Origin: an uncultured delta proteobacterium
GTDB lineage: Bacteria > Desulfobacterota > Binatia > UBA9968
Assembly (NCBI GenBank): GCA_963804165.1
Contig: CAWDPO010000008.1
Coordinates: 1-64,000, forward strand
DNA: 64,000 bases
Direction of reading: 5' to 3'
Shown here: positions 39,215 through 50,579 of the stretch, piece by piece
Position numbering within the stretch: position 1 is the stretch's first letter
Layout: each line of letters starts with the position of its first letter
Notes under the pieces: generated by a model
The model's input: only the letters and a program-made list of their open reading frames with translations
The model's database searches: none
Told to the model about the DNA's origin: nothing
Translations under genes and position numbers: made by a program

Positions 39215-40375
39215 TTACAAGGCAAACAGCCGGCGTGCGTTTCCGACCAGGATCCGCTGTTTGTCGGTGTCCGAAAGATGCGGATTTCCGCGAATTAATT
39301 TCACGGAATTCGGCCAGGTGCCGCTCGCGTCAGCGTGAGGATAATCGCTGCCGAGCACTATATTGTGTTCCGGCCATGCCTCAATGAGGTGGTGCAACCA
39401 CTTCTCGTTGGCCGTGGCTCCGGGAAATATGTGATCGGTAAAATATTCGCTCGGCTTGCGTTTGATTCTGTGGCGCTTCCATTTCACCTGGTCCAGCGCG
39501 TCCATGAGCGCGGAAACGAAAGATGGAACGCGGCCTTCGAGCGTACAGATGCGGACGTTTGGAAACTCATCGAATGTTTTAGAAAAAATCAGACTGGCAA
39601 TGTCGCATGCGTAGGTAAAAGGAAAGGTGTAAAGCAGCCCTAATTCGTTCACCTTCTGAACCGCGGGGTGATTGGTCGCGACCATCGTGCTCAAGTTGAT
39701 CGTCTTCAGATTGTAGCTGCTCCAGTCCCGATACGCCTTGATACTTGTGTGAAAAATGATCGGCATGTTGAATTCGTTCAGTGCATCAAAAATAGGCCAG
39801 AGACTCGGCGACCCCAGATCGAAATCGGCGTAGCGTTCACCGGTGGCGGTGAGAAACACTCCCTTGAAGCCAAGGGCATGCATGCGGCGAATTTCTCTGA
39901 CCGCATCTTCGACCCAGGGCCAATAGATCGCGGCGACCGGAATGAATCTGTCCCGATGCTTGGATTCTTCTAGCAATTCGACGACCCCGTCGTTAAAAAC
40001 ACGGCAGACATCCGCGCCGATCCCCGCTGGGTAATGGGATATAAGAACGCCCTGATCAAACCCCAGCACCTGCACGCATTTGGGATCTTCCTTGTTCATA
40101 TCCGCAACCTTGGTATCGAGATTGAGCCGGCCGTGCGCGGCTGAACCGAGAATGTCGTCATCCGCCCGGCTCCTGTGGATCACCCGGCCTTCGTAGAGAA
40201 ACTTGATAATTTTCTCTTCCACTATGAGCTGGAAATGGCCGGGATAGAGTTTTGCGAGCTTCTCCAGAGCGGGCATCGACAGAAAATGCGTATCGCAATC
40301 GATAAAGGAAACATCGTCGGGGAGTCGAAAGGTTGATTCCTTCCGGGCGACACTGGTGAGTTGCGCCATAAACAT
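39215..40375 (-). CDS. Amidohydrolase_2 family protein (ACMSD/LigJ-like)
   Basis: IDCDTH, PIIFH, FDEFPNVRI, KPSEYF, GSDYPH. Confidence 0.87.
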   Translation of the reverse strand: MFMAQLTSVARKESTFRLPDDVSFIDCDTHFLSMPALEKLAKLYPGHFQLIVEEKIIKFLYEGRVIHRSRADDDILGSAAHGRLNLDTKVADMNKEDPKCVQVLGFDQGVLISHYPAGIGADVCRVFNDGVVELLEESKHRDRFIPVAAIYWPWVEDAVREIRRMHALGFKGVFLTATGERYADFDLGSPSLWPIFDALNEFNMPIIFHTSIKAYRDWSSYNLKTINLSTMVATNHPAVQKVNELGLLYTFPFTYACDIASLIFSKTFDEFPNVRICTLEGRVPSFVSALMDALDQVKWKRHRIKRKPSEYFTDHIFPGATANEKWLHHLIEAWPEHNIVLGSDYPHADASGTWPNSVKLIRGNPHLSDTDKQRILVGNARRLFAL

Positions 40376-40529
40376 GTCCTCCTTAGCTGATCTTCGTTTA
40401 AGCCACGCGTCTAGAACTTAGTCGGCGGATTTCTCAATCGCGCATTGGATTCGATACCCGCGCAACCCGTTTGTCAAGATTAAATCTTTGCTGTATGAGC
40501 TTTAAAAGAATTTAAGATAGAATGGCGCT

Positions 40530-41435
40530 ATGGACTTAAAACAGCTTCAAGCGTTTTACCTGGTTGGAAAACACGGCAACCTCGCCAAAGCGGGCAATTA
40601 CTTGCAATTGACTCCTCCGGCTATTTCAATCCAACTAAAAAAACTCGAAAGCGAATTGAAGGTCAGGCTCTTCGAGCACCAGCCAAACAAACTGGTTTTG
40701 ACAGACAAGGGTCGCGTTCTGGTCCGGGAAGTTAAGAATGTGTTCGACGCAGTTACAAAAATGCAGGTGGCATTGGGTACCAAAGAAGATGGTTATGAAG
40801 AAACCATTACGATTGCTTTTGGAAGACACCGGGCGAGGGTTTTTGCGCCGCAAATCGCAGCCTTCAAGAAAAAATATCCTCGCTTAAGGATTTCAATTCA
40901 CTCCAAAACGTCATCGGAAGCGCTATCGATGCTTTTAGAGGGAGATCTTGACCTCGGGATCAGCAGTTTGCCGCGCGTGCCGCGTGGGATTCAAAAAAGA
41001 ATGCTTCTCGACAACAAACTGCATCTTATATTCTCCAAGACCAATGCATTGGCAAACAAGCGATCGATATCGCTCGCGCAGGTCGCCGAACAGTCAGTCG
41101 TCTTGCACCCGCGAGGCGTAACCACCAGGAAAATTATCGACGCCGGCTTCGCCGCTCAAGGATTAGATCTTGAGAACATTCTGGAAGTCGGACACTGCGA
41201 GTCGATCATCGAATTCGTTCGGGTAGGGCTGGGCGTAGGATTCGTACACGGGACCTGCTTGCCGACACTGGATAGGCGAAATATCGGATGGCACGACATG
41301 ACAGAGCACTTTGAGCGTATGGAGCTCTCGCTCGTCTACCGGAGGTCATCGGTTCTCAAACCTATGCACCGTGCGCTTTTGGAAAATCTGACGCAATCGG
41401 CAAAGAAGATGCTGCTATTGCCTCCACGGACCTAA
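40530..41435 (+). CDS. LysR-family transcriptional regulator
   Basis: MDLKQLQAF...LTPPAISIQLKKLESEL HTH; divergent from the amidohydrolase. Confidence 0.92.
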   Translation: MDLKQLQAFYLVGKHGNLAKAGNYLQLTPPAISIQLKKLESELKVRLFEHQPNKLVLTDKGRVLVREVKNVFDAVTKMQVALGTKEDGYEETITIAFGRHRARVFAPQIAAFKKKYPRLRISIHSKTSSEALSMLLEGDLDLGISSLPRVPRGIQKRMLLDNKLHLIFSKTNALANKRSISLAQVAEQSVVLHPRGVTTRKIIDAGFAAQGLDLENILEVGHCESIIEFVRVGLGVGFVHGTCLPTLDRRNIGWHDMTEHFERMELSLVYRRSSVLKPMHRALLENLTQSAKKMLLLPPRT

Positions 41436-41555
41436 TTTTATTCCAATCGTGAGTCTATTCCCGTAAATTACCGCGACGCTCTTTGAACGCCTTGAACCAG
41501 TGCAGCCTCTGAGGATCTGCTCAGTAGAGGCTTCAGAATAGTTTTGTTTCCGACC

Positions 41556-41890
41556 TTAGCGAGGCATAGGCCCGGGGCCCACCAGTTTCTTGAAAAGCTC
41601 AATAACCTCGGCATCCCGGGGAATTTCTCTGACTGCTCGTTCTTGGTCTTCGGGCAGAAGCGGCGAGGGATCATCTCCCGTGAGCTTTTTATAGTATCTG
41701 AGGAATTCCGGATCCTTGTAGGCTTGCCGGAACGCCGCTTTCAGAATATCCGCCCGTTCTTTGGCCACGCCCGGCGGAAGCACAAACGGCCCGCCCGTCG
41801 CGCGAAACGTACGTTGCATGGCAATCAATTTTTGCTCTTTGGCGGAGCGCGCAAAGCCTTCGAGCTCAGGCAGATGGCTGAAAGCCGGGA
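41556..41890 (-). pseudogene. TctC/Bug tripartite tricarboxylate receptor C-terminal fragment
   Basis: PAFSHLPELEGF...GPFVLPPGVAKERADILKAAFRQAYKDPEF. Confidence 0.7.
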
Positions 41891-42003
41891 ATATTGAAGC
41901 ATTGATCTACGCGGTCAAGCTCAACTCTCCTTCGGAAAAAGTCGGCCCCATCGAAGATTTGTACACGGAAAATTTTGTGAATAAGGCACTGGCGGGACAA
42001 TAA
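41890..42003 (+). pseudogene. C-terminal fragment of an SsuA-like binding protein
   Basis: IEALIYAVKL...EDLYTENFVNKAL-stop, no start. Confidence 0.4.
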
Positions 42004-42133
42004 GAACATGCGGTAAGTCGCACCGCGAAATTTTAGCTGACGACCTTGGTCGGGCCATATCACTACTTTGTTCATCCAACGCGATATATCTTTCCAAGAC
42101 CTGAGCCCGAAATTTTCCCACGGTAGTATCCAA

Positions 42134-43132
42134 CTAGCGGTAGAGCTGATCAACGAAACCGCTATCTATTTGCCGCTGAATAAACGAATTATTTAAAAGC
42201 TCACCTATATTAATATCCTTTATGCTAGGATTTTCCTCGGCCAAATCTGCCATAAGTTCTTCTAATGCAAAGCGAGGGAAAACAGGCTCCTTTGGAACCT
42301 GTTGTAGGACGTATGCTTGGTAGTTAAGTTCCAGGGTAACATCGTCACTGACTCGCAGGTTCTTCGCATAGACCCTTTTTGCTAGCTCCTTGTTCTTTCT
42401 TGCCAAACTAATCCCTTCCAGAAACGCTCGAACAAATCGATTCATGACATCCGGCTGTCCTCGCGCGAAATCCTGAGTAGTTATAAGAGCACTGCCGTGA
42501 TCCTCAACTCCGGCCTTCGTCACTTCTACCAGTCTATTGACCTTAAGTGAGATACTCGACAAAGTTGTTTCCGTCCCTAACGTACCTTGTATTCTGCCCT
42601 GCCCGAGCGCAATGAGTCGATCTAAGGAAGGACCGGCCGAAACGATTTTGACATCCTTATCTGGCGAAAGCTTAAGTCTCTGAAGCAGTCTGCGAAGTGA
42701 GTAGTAATCTGGCGAACCTATCCGACCAACACCGATTGTCGCGCCCTTGAGCTGCGACACTTCTTTAATTTCGGGGCGAGTAAAGAGTACATAAGGTGTT
42801 GAACCGAAGGTGCCAAACACCGTCAGCTTTGCTCCTTTTGCAACTGCTTGCAGAACAAGCGACACTCCACCGGCGAGAACTTGCACATCCCCGCCCATTA
42901 GTGCGGGTAAGCCGACGGGCACATTACGCATATAGATCAAGGCGACGCGCAATCCATGCTTTTCAAATAACCCGGCCTCCTGAGCAATCCAAAAAGGAAT
43001 CCTATTGCCGGTAATGGATGTATAGGCAACACTAATAGAAGGTGGCGAAGTAGCGCTTAATGCAAATTCCCCGGTGATATACAGAAAGACAAGCATGCAG
43101 CACAGCCGAAGAGAAGCATTGAAGAGTTTCAT
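42134..43132 (-). CDS. SsuA/TauA/THI5-like solute-binding protein
   Basis: Signal peptide; WIAQEAGLFEKHGL, QLKGATIGVGRIGS. Confidence 0.87.
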   Translation of the reverse strand: MKLFNASLRLCCMLVFLYITGEFALSATSPPSISVAYTSITGNRIPFWIAQEAGLFEKHGLRVALIYMRNVPVGLPALMGGDVQVLAGGVSLVLQAVAKGAKLTVFGTFGSTPYVLFTRPEIKEVSQLKGATIGVGRIGSPDYYSLRRLLQRLKLSPDKDVKIVSAGPSLDRLIALGQGRIQGTLGTETTLSSISLKVNRLVEVTKAGVEDHGSALITTQDFARGQPDVMNRFVRAFLEGISLARKNKELAKRVYAKNLRVSDDVTLELNYQAYVLQQVPKEPVFPRFALEELMADLAEENPSIKDINIGELLNNSFIQRQIDSGFVDQLYR

Positions 43133-43331
43133 CCTCCTAGTGCCTCATTCAACAAGATTCCGCCGCTGTCCCAGAAGAAACAGCTGGTCGTCTAAATAGC
43201 GGGCCCCATCCTTCAGCCGCTTCAACACGCTAAGGCTATCGTCAAGCGGATGCGACGGTAGCACTTAAACCGGTATGCACGCGAACCCGACCAAATTGTA
43301 CCACCGTAGTTTCTTGTTTTCGCAATTTCTA

Positions 43332-43748
43332 TTAATCGAGCACGGCTACAATATCAGCTTGAAACAGAGTTTCGCCTCTACCGGCAGCTCCTACGAAGCC
43401 AAAAGGATTCCATTTTTTTGCGTTCCGGGCTGGCCTGTCGTTATCGTTTGGAAACATTCTTAGCCATTCCTTGTTAATGGCTTCCATGCATTCTTCGTGC
43501 TTGCCCTCCTTAATCCACAACGCAATATGAATAATGTTAGCTGGAGAACCGCCCGCTTGCTCTAAGAACGTTCTTATATTTTTGAATAGATTTTCTGCTT
43601 GCCGACTCGGTTCAGCAGGCATTTCACCGGTCACCGGATCTCTGCCAGCCAGATCCGACGAGCAAACTACATTGCCGATTTTCGCTCCGAGCGGAATGGG
43701 ATGGTGAAAAAATCCCCGCGGCGCCGGGATAGTCGTTCTCTTGGCCAT
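43332..43748 (-). CDS. Rid (YjgF/YER057c/UK114) family protein
   Basis: HHPIPLGAKIGN, QAENLFKNI, AINKEWLRMFP...RPAR. Confidence 0.82.
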   Translation of the reverse strand: MAKRTTIPAPRGFFHHPIPLGAKIGNVVCSSDLAGRDPVTGEMPAEPSRQAENLFKNIRTFLEQAGGSPANIIHIALWIKEGKHEECMEAINKEWLRMFPNDNDRPARNAKKWNPFGFVGAAGRGETLFQADIVAVLD

Positions 43749-43942
43749 AATTCACCTCCTGAATGGTTTGAGACTAATTTAAATCCAGCACGTCTTTTCG
43801 CCGCGGTAATATCACCACAGCAAAGGGCTGTCAAATTAAATTCCATCTGATCTCGTTCGCTTCCCAAAATTCTGGCGCACCTGCGGGAAATTGTGTCTTT
43901 CAACCTTCACTTCCTCTTTCAAGATCAACCCAATCTTCTGCC

Positions 43943-43972
43943 TTGACAAGAAAAGTGGTCTCCGAATAGATT
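43943..43972 (+). promoter_or_regulatory. Putative sigma70 promoter of the cupin gene
   Basis: TTGACA-18-TAGATT. Confidence 0.45.
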
Positions 43973-44080
43973 ACGCCTGACAAGCGAGCATCAGAAAAAA
44001 TACGGAATCAGCGAGCCAAATTACTTTGCTCGCGTTCTAGGGCTTAATGGCACATCGATTCTTTAGGAGGTCGCCGTCCC

Positions 44081-45173
44081 ATGAATAATAAGCCGACTAA
44101 TTTTGATGACTGGTATATCGGTAGCACGTATCGACAGTTTGTCGAACGAGAAGGAGTACCGTTGTATGAAGGAAGCTACCTCGAAGATCTCGCAACCTTA
44201 CCATTGGCAGACTGGGAAAGAAGAGGGGGCAAGGCTGCATATACTCGCTTAGGCGATCAAGAAACAAATGGACTTCATATTGTGGAAATACCACCCAAGT
44301 CGGAACTACGGCCTGAGAGGCATATGTACGATGAAGTCATGTTTGTGTTTAGCGGGCGAGGCGCGACTACAGTATGGCAGGAAGGAGAGCCAAAGCAGAC
44401 GATCGAGTGGGGACCAGGCGCTCTTTTGGCGATACCGCTTAACGCGTGGCATCAGGAATTTAATGGCTCTAGCGACGAACCCTGCCGCGTTATTTTCGGC
44501 TCGAACATTCCTCACGTACTGAATTTTTATCATAACGTCGATTTTGTATTTAACAATCCTTACACGTTTAAAGACCGATATTGTGCTGAAATGCAGAATT
44601 ATTTCTCGGCGGGAATGAAGTGGAAACCAAAGGTTTACGAAACAAACTTTATCCCAGATGTCAGACGATTTGAATTAGATCTTCTTCCAGAAGGTGGTTA
44701 CCGAACCAAAGTGATGCGAATTTCGATGGCGAGCACATCGTTGGGGCTCCACATCAAAAGTGTCGCTGAAGGAACCTATACGAACGCCCACAGACACCGC
44801 GCGGGGGCGCACGTGATGGTTATTTCGGGCGAAGGCTACGAGCTTTTATTTATGCCGGGTCAGGAAAAAAATAGACGGAAAGTATTAACTAAGCCGTACT
44901 CGGTATTGGCTCCGAAAGATAATGAGTTTCACCACCACTTCAATACTGGAAAAGGTGAATATGTGCAACTCGCTTTCAGGGGTGGTCCGGCAAAATATGG
45001 CTTAGGCAGGAAGTATGAACCCGAGCCTAGCTTTCAAGATAGGACCCCAATGCGGCGTCATTTAAAATCAGCTACGAGAAAGAGGATCCCTCAATCAGAG
45101 ATGAGTATTATCAAGAGCTGAGAAAAGAGGTATTACCTTGCGGCTGCCTCCAATCGACCAAGGACGAGATTAG
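44081..45173 (+). CDS. Bicupin protein (gentisate-1,2-dioxygenase-like fold); frameshifts near the 3' end
   Basis: ERHMYDE...PLNAWHQEFN and AHRHRAGAH...FHHHFN cupin motifs; C-terminus ISYEKEDPSIRDEY in another frame. Confidence 0.8.
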
Positions 45174-45218
45174 CACATATTTATGAATAGCGAATGAAAC
45201 GTCGGAAAGGGCGTGAGT

Positions 45219-46355
45219 ATGCGAAAATTGTTGGCTAGTTTGATATTCGGCCTCAGTTTGGCGTGCACGATGGTTCCGACCGACTGGCGGTGTTTTCGCA
45301 GCTGACGCAAAAGGTGAGCCTTCTCAGTGGAAAGGTTTAGTCAATGCAGCAAAAAAAGAAGGCCAATTAAATCTGTACATCGGTCGCTTAAGCTGGGCAG
45401 ATATCATTTCCAAAGCATTTGAAAAAGCTTACCCGGAGATTAAGAGTACCACGTTCTATGGTCGGGACAACTTTCTCAATGAACGGATTATGACAGAACG
45501 AAGAGCGGGTAAAAATATCGCCGACATATCCGCACAAGGTACAACATCGAGTATACAGTTGTTAAAGGCTAATGTGCTTGAGCCGATAAAATCCGTGTTA
45601 CTTCTTCCCGATGTACTAGATCAACAGAACTGGTATGGCGGAAAGCACCAATACATGGATCATGAGGGATATGTATTTTTATTTGTTGCCAATTCCCAAT
45701 CGGAATCAGCAGTTCAATATAACTCGAAACTAGTTGACCCGAAGGAAATCAAATCATACTGGGACTTCCTGAATCCTAAATGGAAGGCCAAGATGGAGGC
45801 GCGAGACGTAAGAACTTCCGGTCCGGGGAACGGTGTGATGCGATTTTTCTATCATAACTCGGAGCTCGGCCCAAAGTTCATCAAACGCCTGTTTAGCGAA
45901 ATGGACATCACGCTCTATCGAGAGTTGCGGCAAGGTGCAGATTGGCTCGCTACAGGCAAATTCGCGATATGCCTTTTTTGCGAGATCCGCCAGGCGACCG
46001 AACAAGGTTTACCGGTTGCTGCGTTCGGCTGCATTAAAGGAGGGGGCCGGCGTTTCGGTTGGTGACGGAGCTTTAACTCTGCCCTCAGGGAGAGCGCTCA
46101 TCCGAACGCCGCTAAAGTTTTTGTTAACTGGTTCCTTTCCCGGGAGGGACAGCTCGCTTTCCAAACAGCAGCAGCAAAATTTCCGAATGATGCCGTAGAC
46201 TCACGGCGGGTTGATATTCCCAAGGATAACGTTCCTAGCGATAGACGACGTGTACCGGGCTATAACTATATTGATATCGACACTCCCGAACGCCGTGATA
46301 ATGGGCCGCCATGAAAATCTTCCTTGAAGCTTTGGAAGAAGCCAAGAAAATGTAA
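45219..46355 (+). CDS. Solute-binding protein, several frameshifts (paralog of 21767..22900)
   Basis: AAKKEGQL, WYGGKH, LNPKWK, HPNAAKVFVNWFLSREGQ across frames. Confidence 0.75.
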
Positions 46356-46395
46356 TCGGAGTTGCCCCACACACAATGCCGAAGGATTTTAGCGT

Positions 46396-46424
46396 TTGAC
46401 AGGACTGGTACGCCGCAATAGGAT
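46396..46424 (+). promoter_or_regulatory. Putative sigma70 promoter of the Rieske gene
   Basis: TTGACA-17-TAGGAT; GGAGG RBS upstream of the ATG at 46465. Confidence 0.5.
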
Positions 46425-46464
46425 CATCTACAAGACGAACTCCAATTTATAAAAGGAGGATCAC

Positions 46465-47607
46465 ATGTTATCCCGAGAAGAGAATGAGACGATGACTAGG
46501 GTTGGTCCAGGAACTCCTGCTGGCGAGATGCTTCGGCGTTATTGGTGGCCTATTGGATTTGCCGAAGAAGTAAAGGCCAAGGCCCGCCCCGAAAAGGTCA
46601 AGCTATTAGGCGAGGAGTTTGTGCTCTTCCGGGACGGCACTCGTAAATTGGGTCTTTTCGGGATTCACTGCTGCCACCGCGGGGCACCACTGGAGTTCGG
46701 CAGAGTCGAAGATCAAGGAATCCGGTGCTGTTATCATGGTTGGGTTTACGATGTTGATGGTAAATGCCTGGAGCAACCTGCTGAACCCGATGACAGTACC
46801 TTTAAAGATCGGGTGAAGCAGCCAGCCTACAGAGTGCAAGAATTAGGAGGGCTAATATTCGCCTACATCGGCCCAGAGCCGGCACCTATACTTCCTCGCT
46901 ACGACTTGCTGGTTAATGATGACGGCACCCGCGTCTTGAGCGGGTGGGAAGAGCATTGCAATTGGCTCCAGCGTGCTGAAAACCACGTGGATCAATCGCA
47001 TATACCGTTCTTACACGCGAGCGGTTATCCTGATATGGCATTCAAAAAGCCGATCCTTGATTACCAGAGGACGTGGTATGGAGTTAGAGCATCGCTCTCG
47101 GTAGATGGCAGAAGTAAGCCCAAAATTAGTCATTGCATTTTCCCCTCTCATTTGCGATTTTCTTCTGCGCGTGTCAGCCATAAACCTCAGCATCGTTTGG
47201 CATTCCGTGTCCCGGTCGATGATACCGAAACCATATCTTACACTGTGACTTTTTATCCCGGGTCCGGCTCTGGGCTGGTCCTTACGACTAAAGGCTTAAG
47301 AAGAAGATCCGCCGGACAGTATGGCCGTGTAGAGGATGGTTACTGGGGCATTGAATCCAACGACCAAGATGTGGTTGTGCTCGAGGGACTCGGGCCAATT
47401 TTCGATCGCAGCAACGAGCATCTAGCCGTCACTGACCGTGGCGTCGTGATGCTACGCAAAATGATACAGGAATCGATCGAGGCGGTATCCAAAGGAAAGG
47501 ATCCTATAGGGGTGATTAAGGATGAGAGTCAGCAACCGCATGGGATCATTTCTTTTGACGCAAGCATTCAAGAAATTGAGCCGCTGAGCAAAGCCGCAAG
47601 CGCATAG
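46465..47607 (+). CDS. Rieske non-heme iron oxygenase (phthalate 4,5-dioxygenase/LigX-like)
   Basis: CCHRG...CCYHGW; DQSHIPFLH; EHLAVTDRG. Confidence 0.9.
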   Translation: MLSREENETMTRVGPGTPAGEMLRRYWWPIGFAEEVKAKARPEKVKLLGEEFVLFRDGTRKLGLFGIHCCHRGAPLEFGRVEDQGIRCCYHGWVYDVDGKCLEQPAEPDDSTFKDRVKQPAYRVQELGGLIFAYIGPEPAPILPRYDLLVNDDGTRVLSGWEEHCNWLQRAENHVDQSHIPFLHASGYPDMAFKKPILDYQRTWYGVRASLSVDGRSKPKISHCIFPSHLRFSSARVSHKPQHRLAFRVPVDDTETISYTVTFYPGSGSGLVLTTKGLRRRSAGQYGRVEDGYWGIESNDQDVVVLEGLGPIFDRSNEHLAVTDRGVVMLRKMIQESIEAVSKGKDPIGVIKDESQQPHGIISFDASIQEIEPLSKAASA

Positions 47608-47634
47608 ATGCCGAAGGGAGCAGCGGAGGCGTTC

Positions 47635-48629
47635 TCATTCTTTAATCCGCCAACTGTTTTCAAAAAATAGGTGCTTAGGACTTAGCTGGCGGTCACTGAT
47701 TCCTTGTGAATGACAATACGTCAAAAATTTATTTACGACATGCATGTTAGCGTCTAAGCCATAAGTCCACGCATCACCATTAAATAGTTTCCTCTCTTCG
47801 CTTAGCTCGCTACCCGGCCACACTCTCGGCAATTCTGGATTAGTTCGATTGCGGCTTCTTTTCGAATCCACGAAGAGTTTAAATAGCTTCTCCGGAAGAT
47901 CCGGGAAACACTCGAGAAGCGCAGTCCGTGCAACCACAAGGTGCATTATCGGAAAGATCCCTGTCCTCTTGAAATAACCCATCTCGACGTCTCTGTAAGG
48001 TTCAAATAGTCGTTTTATTCGCCGTCCCCTGATACAAAAGAAGCTGGAGCAGGAACCATCCCAAGTACGTCAATCCGGCCGTCAAGCAAAGCCAATTCCG
48101 CGCTTTCACCGGGATTCTGTCCGTACTTTTCCAACCAATGAATTTCAAATTCCCCTGCAGAATTTAGGTTTGCATCGTGACCGCCGTCCCAATGGTGCAT
48201 TGAGACTGTGTGCCAAGTAGCATTAGTTGGGCGAAATTTTGTAATCCTCCGAGAGTATTCCCCTAATCCAGACGCTTGCTGTTTCGACCCACTGTCGAAA
48301 GCCGATTTTTTTTCCCCTTCAAATCCTGCGGGTCCTTTAAGAGGAGCACTGAGCATTGTAAAAAATAAACCCGTGTCTAAATGCTCGTGTTGGGAATACA
48401 GGGATGGCCTAGAAGGTCAGTGCGATCGCCTGCGATATTGTTGACGAGTTCAGCGAGAGAAAATTCCCCAGCGTCATATTCTCCCGCCAATCAGACCAGA
48501 GAATAGTTTTTGTCCATCGCTCACTTCCAGCGGCAAGAAATTCATTCCGCCGATTTTCACGTCACCGTTTAGGATAGCGGCTGTTCTTTCTGAGCGTCTG
48601 CAAGCTAATTTAATCAATGAATTGTCCAT
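47635..48629 (-). pseudogene. 4,5-dihydroxyphthalate decarboxylase-like protein, multiple frameshifts
   Basis: MDNSLIKLACRRSERTAAILNGDVKI start; YFKRTGIFPIMHLVV and DAWTYGL at the C-terminus. Confidence 0.72.
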
Positions 48630-48723
48630 TGGCAATTACGTTCCGTGGATGACAAGCCCGGTGTCGATCGACACGGGATCAATTTCGATTAATATTTTTC
48701 TTCCAGCAGAAGCCGCTTAACTA

Positions 48724-49130
48724 TTAAACGACGGCAAGAACCTCAGCCATAAATTGGCAGTCTGGTTTAGCATCGAAAAGATAAAGATCCGCCCACATTG
48801 TATGCCGAGCCGGACGGTGATTTTCATCGGGAAACATTTTAAGCCAAGGTCTATTTAAAGCATCGTGAGCCTCGCGATGGCGCTCTTTTCTAATGAATAC
48901 TCGCAAGAAAACGATATTTTCAGGGCCGCCACCCGCCTGTTCCAAGAAATTGGTAATGTTTTTAAAGAGCAACTCGGCCTGTTCCTCGAGATTGGCCGGA
49001 AATGTTTCGTATCAAAGTTCATTCCCCAAAGACTTGAGGAGTGTACGACATTTCCTACCTTAGCTCCCATCGGAATTGGGTTCGCTCGCGCTCCGACCCC
49101 AGGTAAATATATAGAGTTCACTCGTGCCAT
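48724..49130 (-). CDS. Rid family protein (frameshift near 48995)
   Basis: ANPIPMGAKVGN...FKNITNFLEQAGG...WLKMFPDENHRPARH. Confidence 0.78.
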
Positions 49131-49456
49131 AAAAGTATCCTTTCCTATTTACGGTTTTTAACTGAGCGACGCGGCGATCTATATCACGACGAAACGGTAT
49201 CATGTCAACACCGAAAAACAGTCAAGATCAGAGAGTTAGCTGCGCCTTCCGTCTCCGCAAGCGATTTAGATTGTTCAACAACACTGGTCGCCAAAGATGT
49301 ACAGTCCTGCGCAAAACATGGTTAGAATTCTCACAGTTGGCCTAAATTACATTGACAGACTGCGAATTGCGGAATTAATATCCAGTGCTCGTAAACACCA
49401 GTAACGTTAAAGGCGGATTCGTAACACTGCATTGACGAGAGGAAACGGATTCCAAC

Positions 49457-50254
49457 ATGCAGCGGCAAACCTTCTTTAGGTCGCCAGAGAATTATCCGGA
49501 TTTGACTCCTGCGGCCGCTAGAATTGGTGATTTTCTTTTTTCTTCGGATATTTTTGGATGGGACGATTCGCAAAAACAAATTCCGCACGAGCCGCTAATT
49601 CAGGCGGAGGCGCTATTCCAAAATATAGAAGAGCTGTTACAAAAAGCCGGTGGTTCATTGGAAGATATTGCTTACATGATGGTATGCACCAGAAAGGACC
49701 GACACCGAGAAGCGCTTCCTGCGTTCAATCAGCCATGGCTGAAGCCTTCCAGACCCAAATCAGAGACCAGCACGCCACGCCTTTCAAGAAGACGCGTTTC
49801 CCTTAGAGGCAATGCTGTTAAGAGTCAACTTGATCGCGGTCCTCGGGACTGACAAACGAGAAACGATTCACTTCGAAGACCTGAGCCACACCAACCCAAT
49901 TCCAATGGGTGCACGACGCGGTAAATTTGTATTTTCATCAACAATTTTTGGGGCTTCATCGGGAACTGATTCCGAAAGCAAATCTATCCGAAGGATCCGA
50001 TTGAGCAGGCGGAGATCATGTTTCAAAATATCAGAAATTTCTTGGATCAGATCGATGGCACGCCAGATGATATAGTACGGCTTAGACTCTTCATCCGGCG
50101 CGGCCAAGAGCAGGACGTCTTGCTCAAGGCAATTGATCAGGAATGGGTAAAGATGTTTCCGAATGAAATGGATAGACCTGCCCGACCATGTACTCAGGAA
50201 GATTTCGTTCCTGGCGGCATGCTATTTCGTGCCGAAATAATAGCCGTGCGCTAA
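49457..50254 (+). CDS. Tandem two-domain Rid protein (two frameshifts)
   Basis: Domain 1 ...PDPNQRPARH runs in frame into domain 2 HTNPIPMGARRG...EWVKMFPNEMDRPAR. Confidence 0.72.
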
Positions 50255-50289
50255 TTAAAGCTTTATAAAAGTCGCAATTCAAAACTGTG

Positions 50290-50579
50290 TCCGCCGCTAC
50301 CGTAATGTTCGGTCGAATCGGAAGGCAGATGTCGTCTTTCGAACAGCGAAAGTATGCGTATTCATTGATGGATGCTTTTGGCATGGTTGCCCAACGCATT
50401 TTCGACCGCCAAAAACTAACGCTGAATGGTGGTTAGAAAAACTGCAGGACAACAAGAACCGAGACGAGAGAAAGGCGCTAATAATCAAGAAACATCGTTG
50501 GGTCGTTTTGCGTTACTGGGAGCATGAAATCCGACAAGACAATTTAATTAAGATTGCCAAAAGGATTATCAGCTCGTAA
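50290..50579 (+). pseudogene. vsr: Very-short-patch-repair endonuclease, 5'-truncated
   Basis: Manual translation ADVVFRTAKVCVFIDGCFWHGCPTHFRPPKTNAEWWLEKL..N..RD...WVVLRYWEHE; no start codon. Confidence 0.85.
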
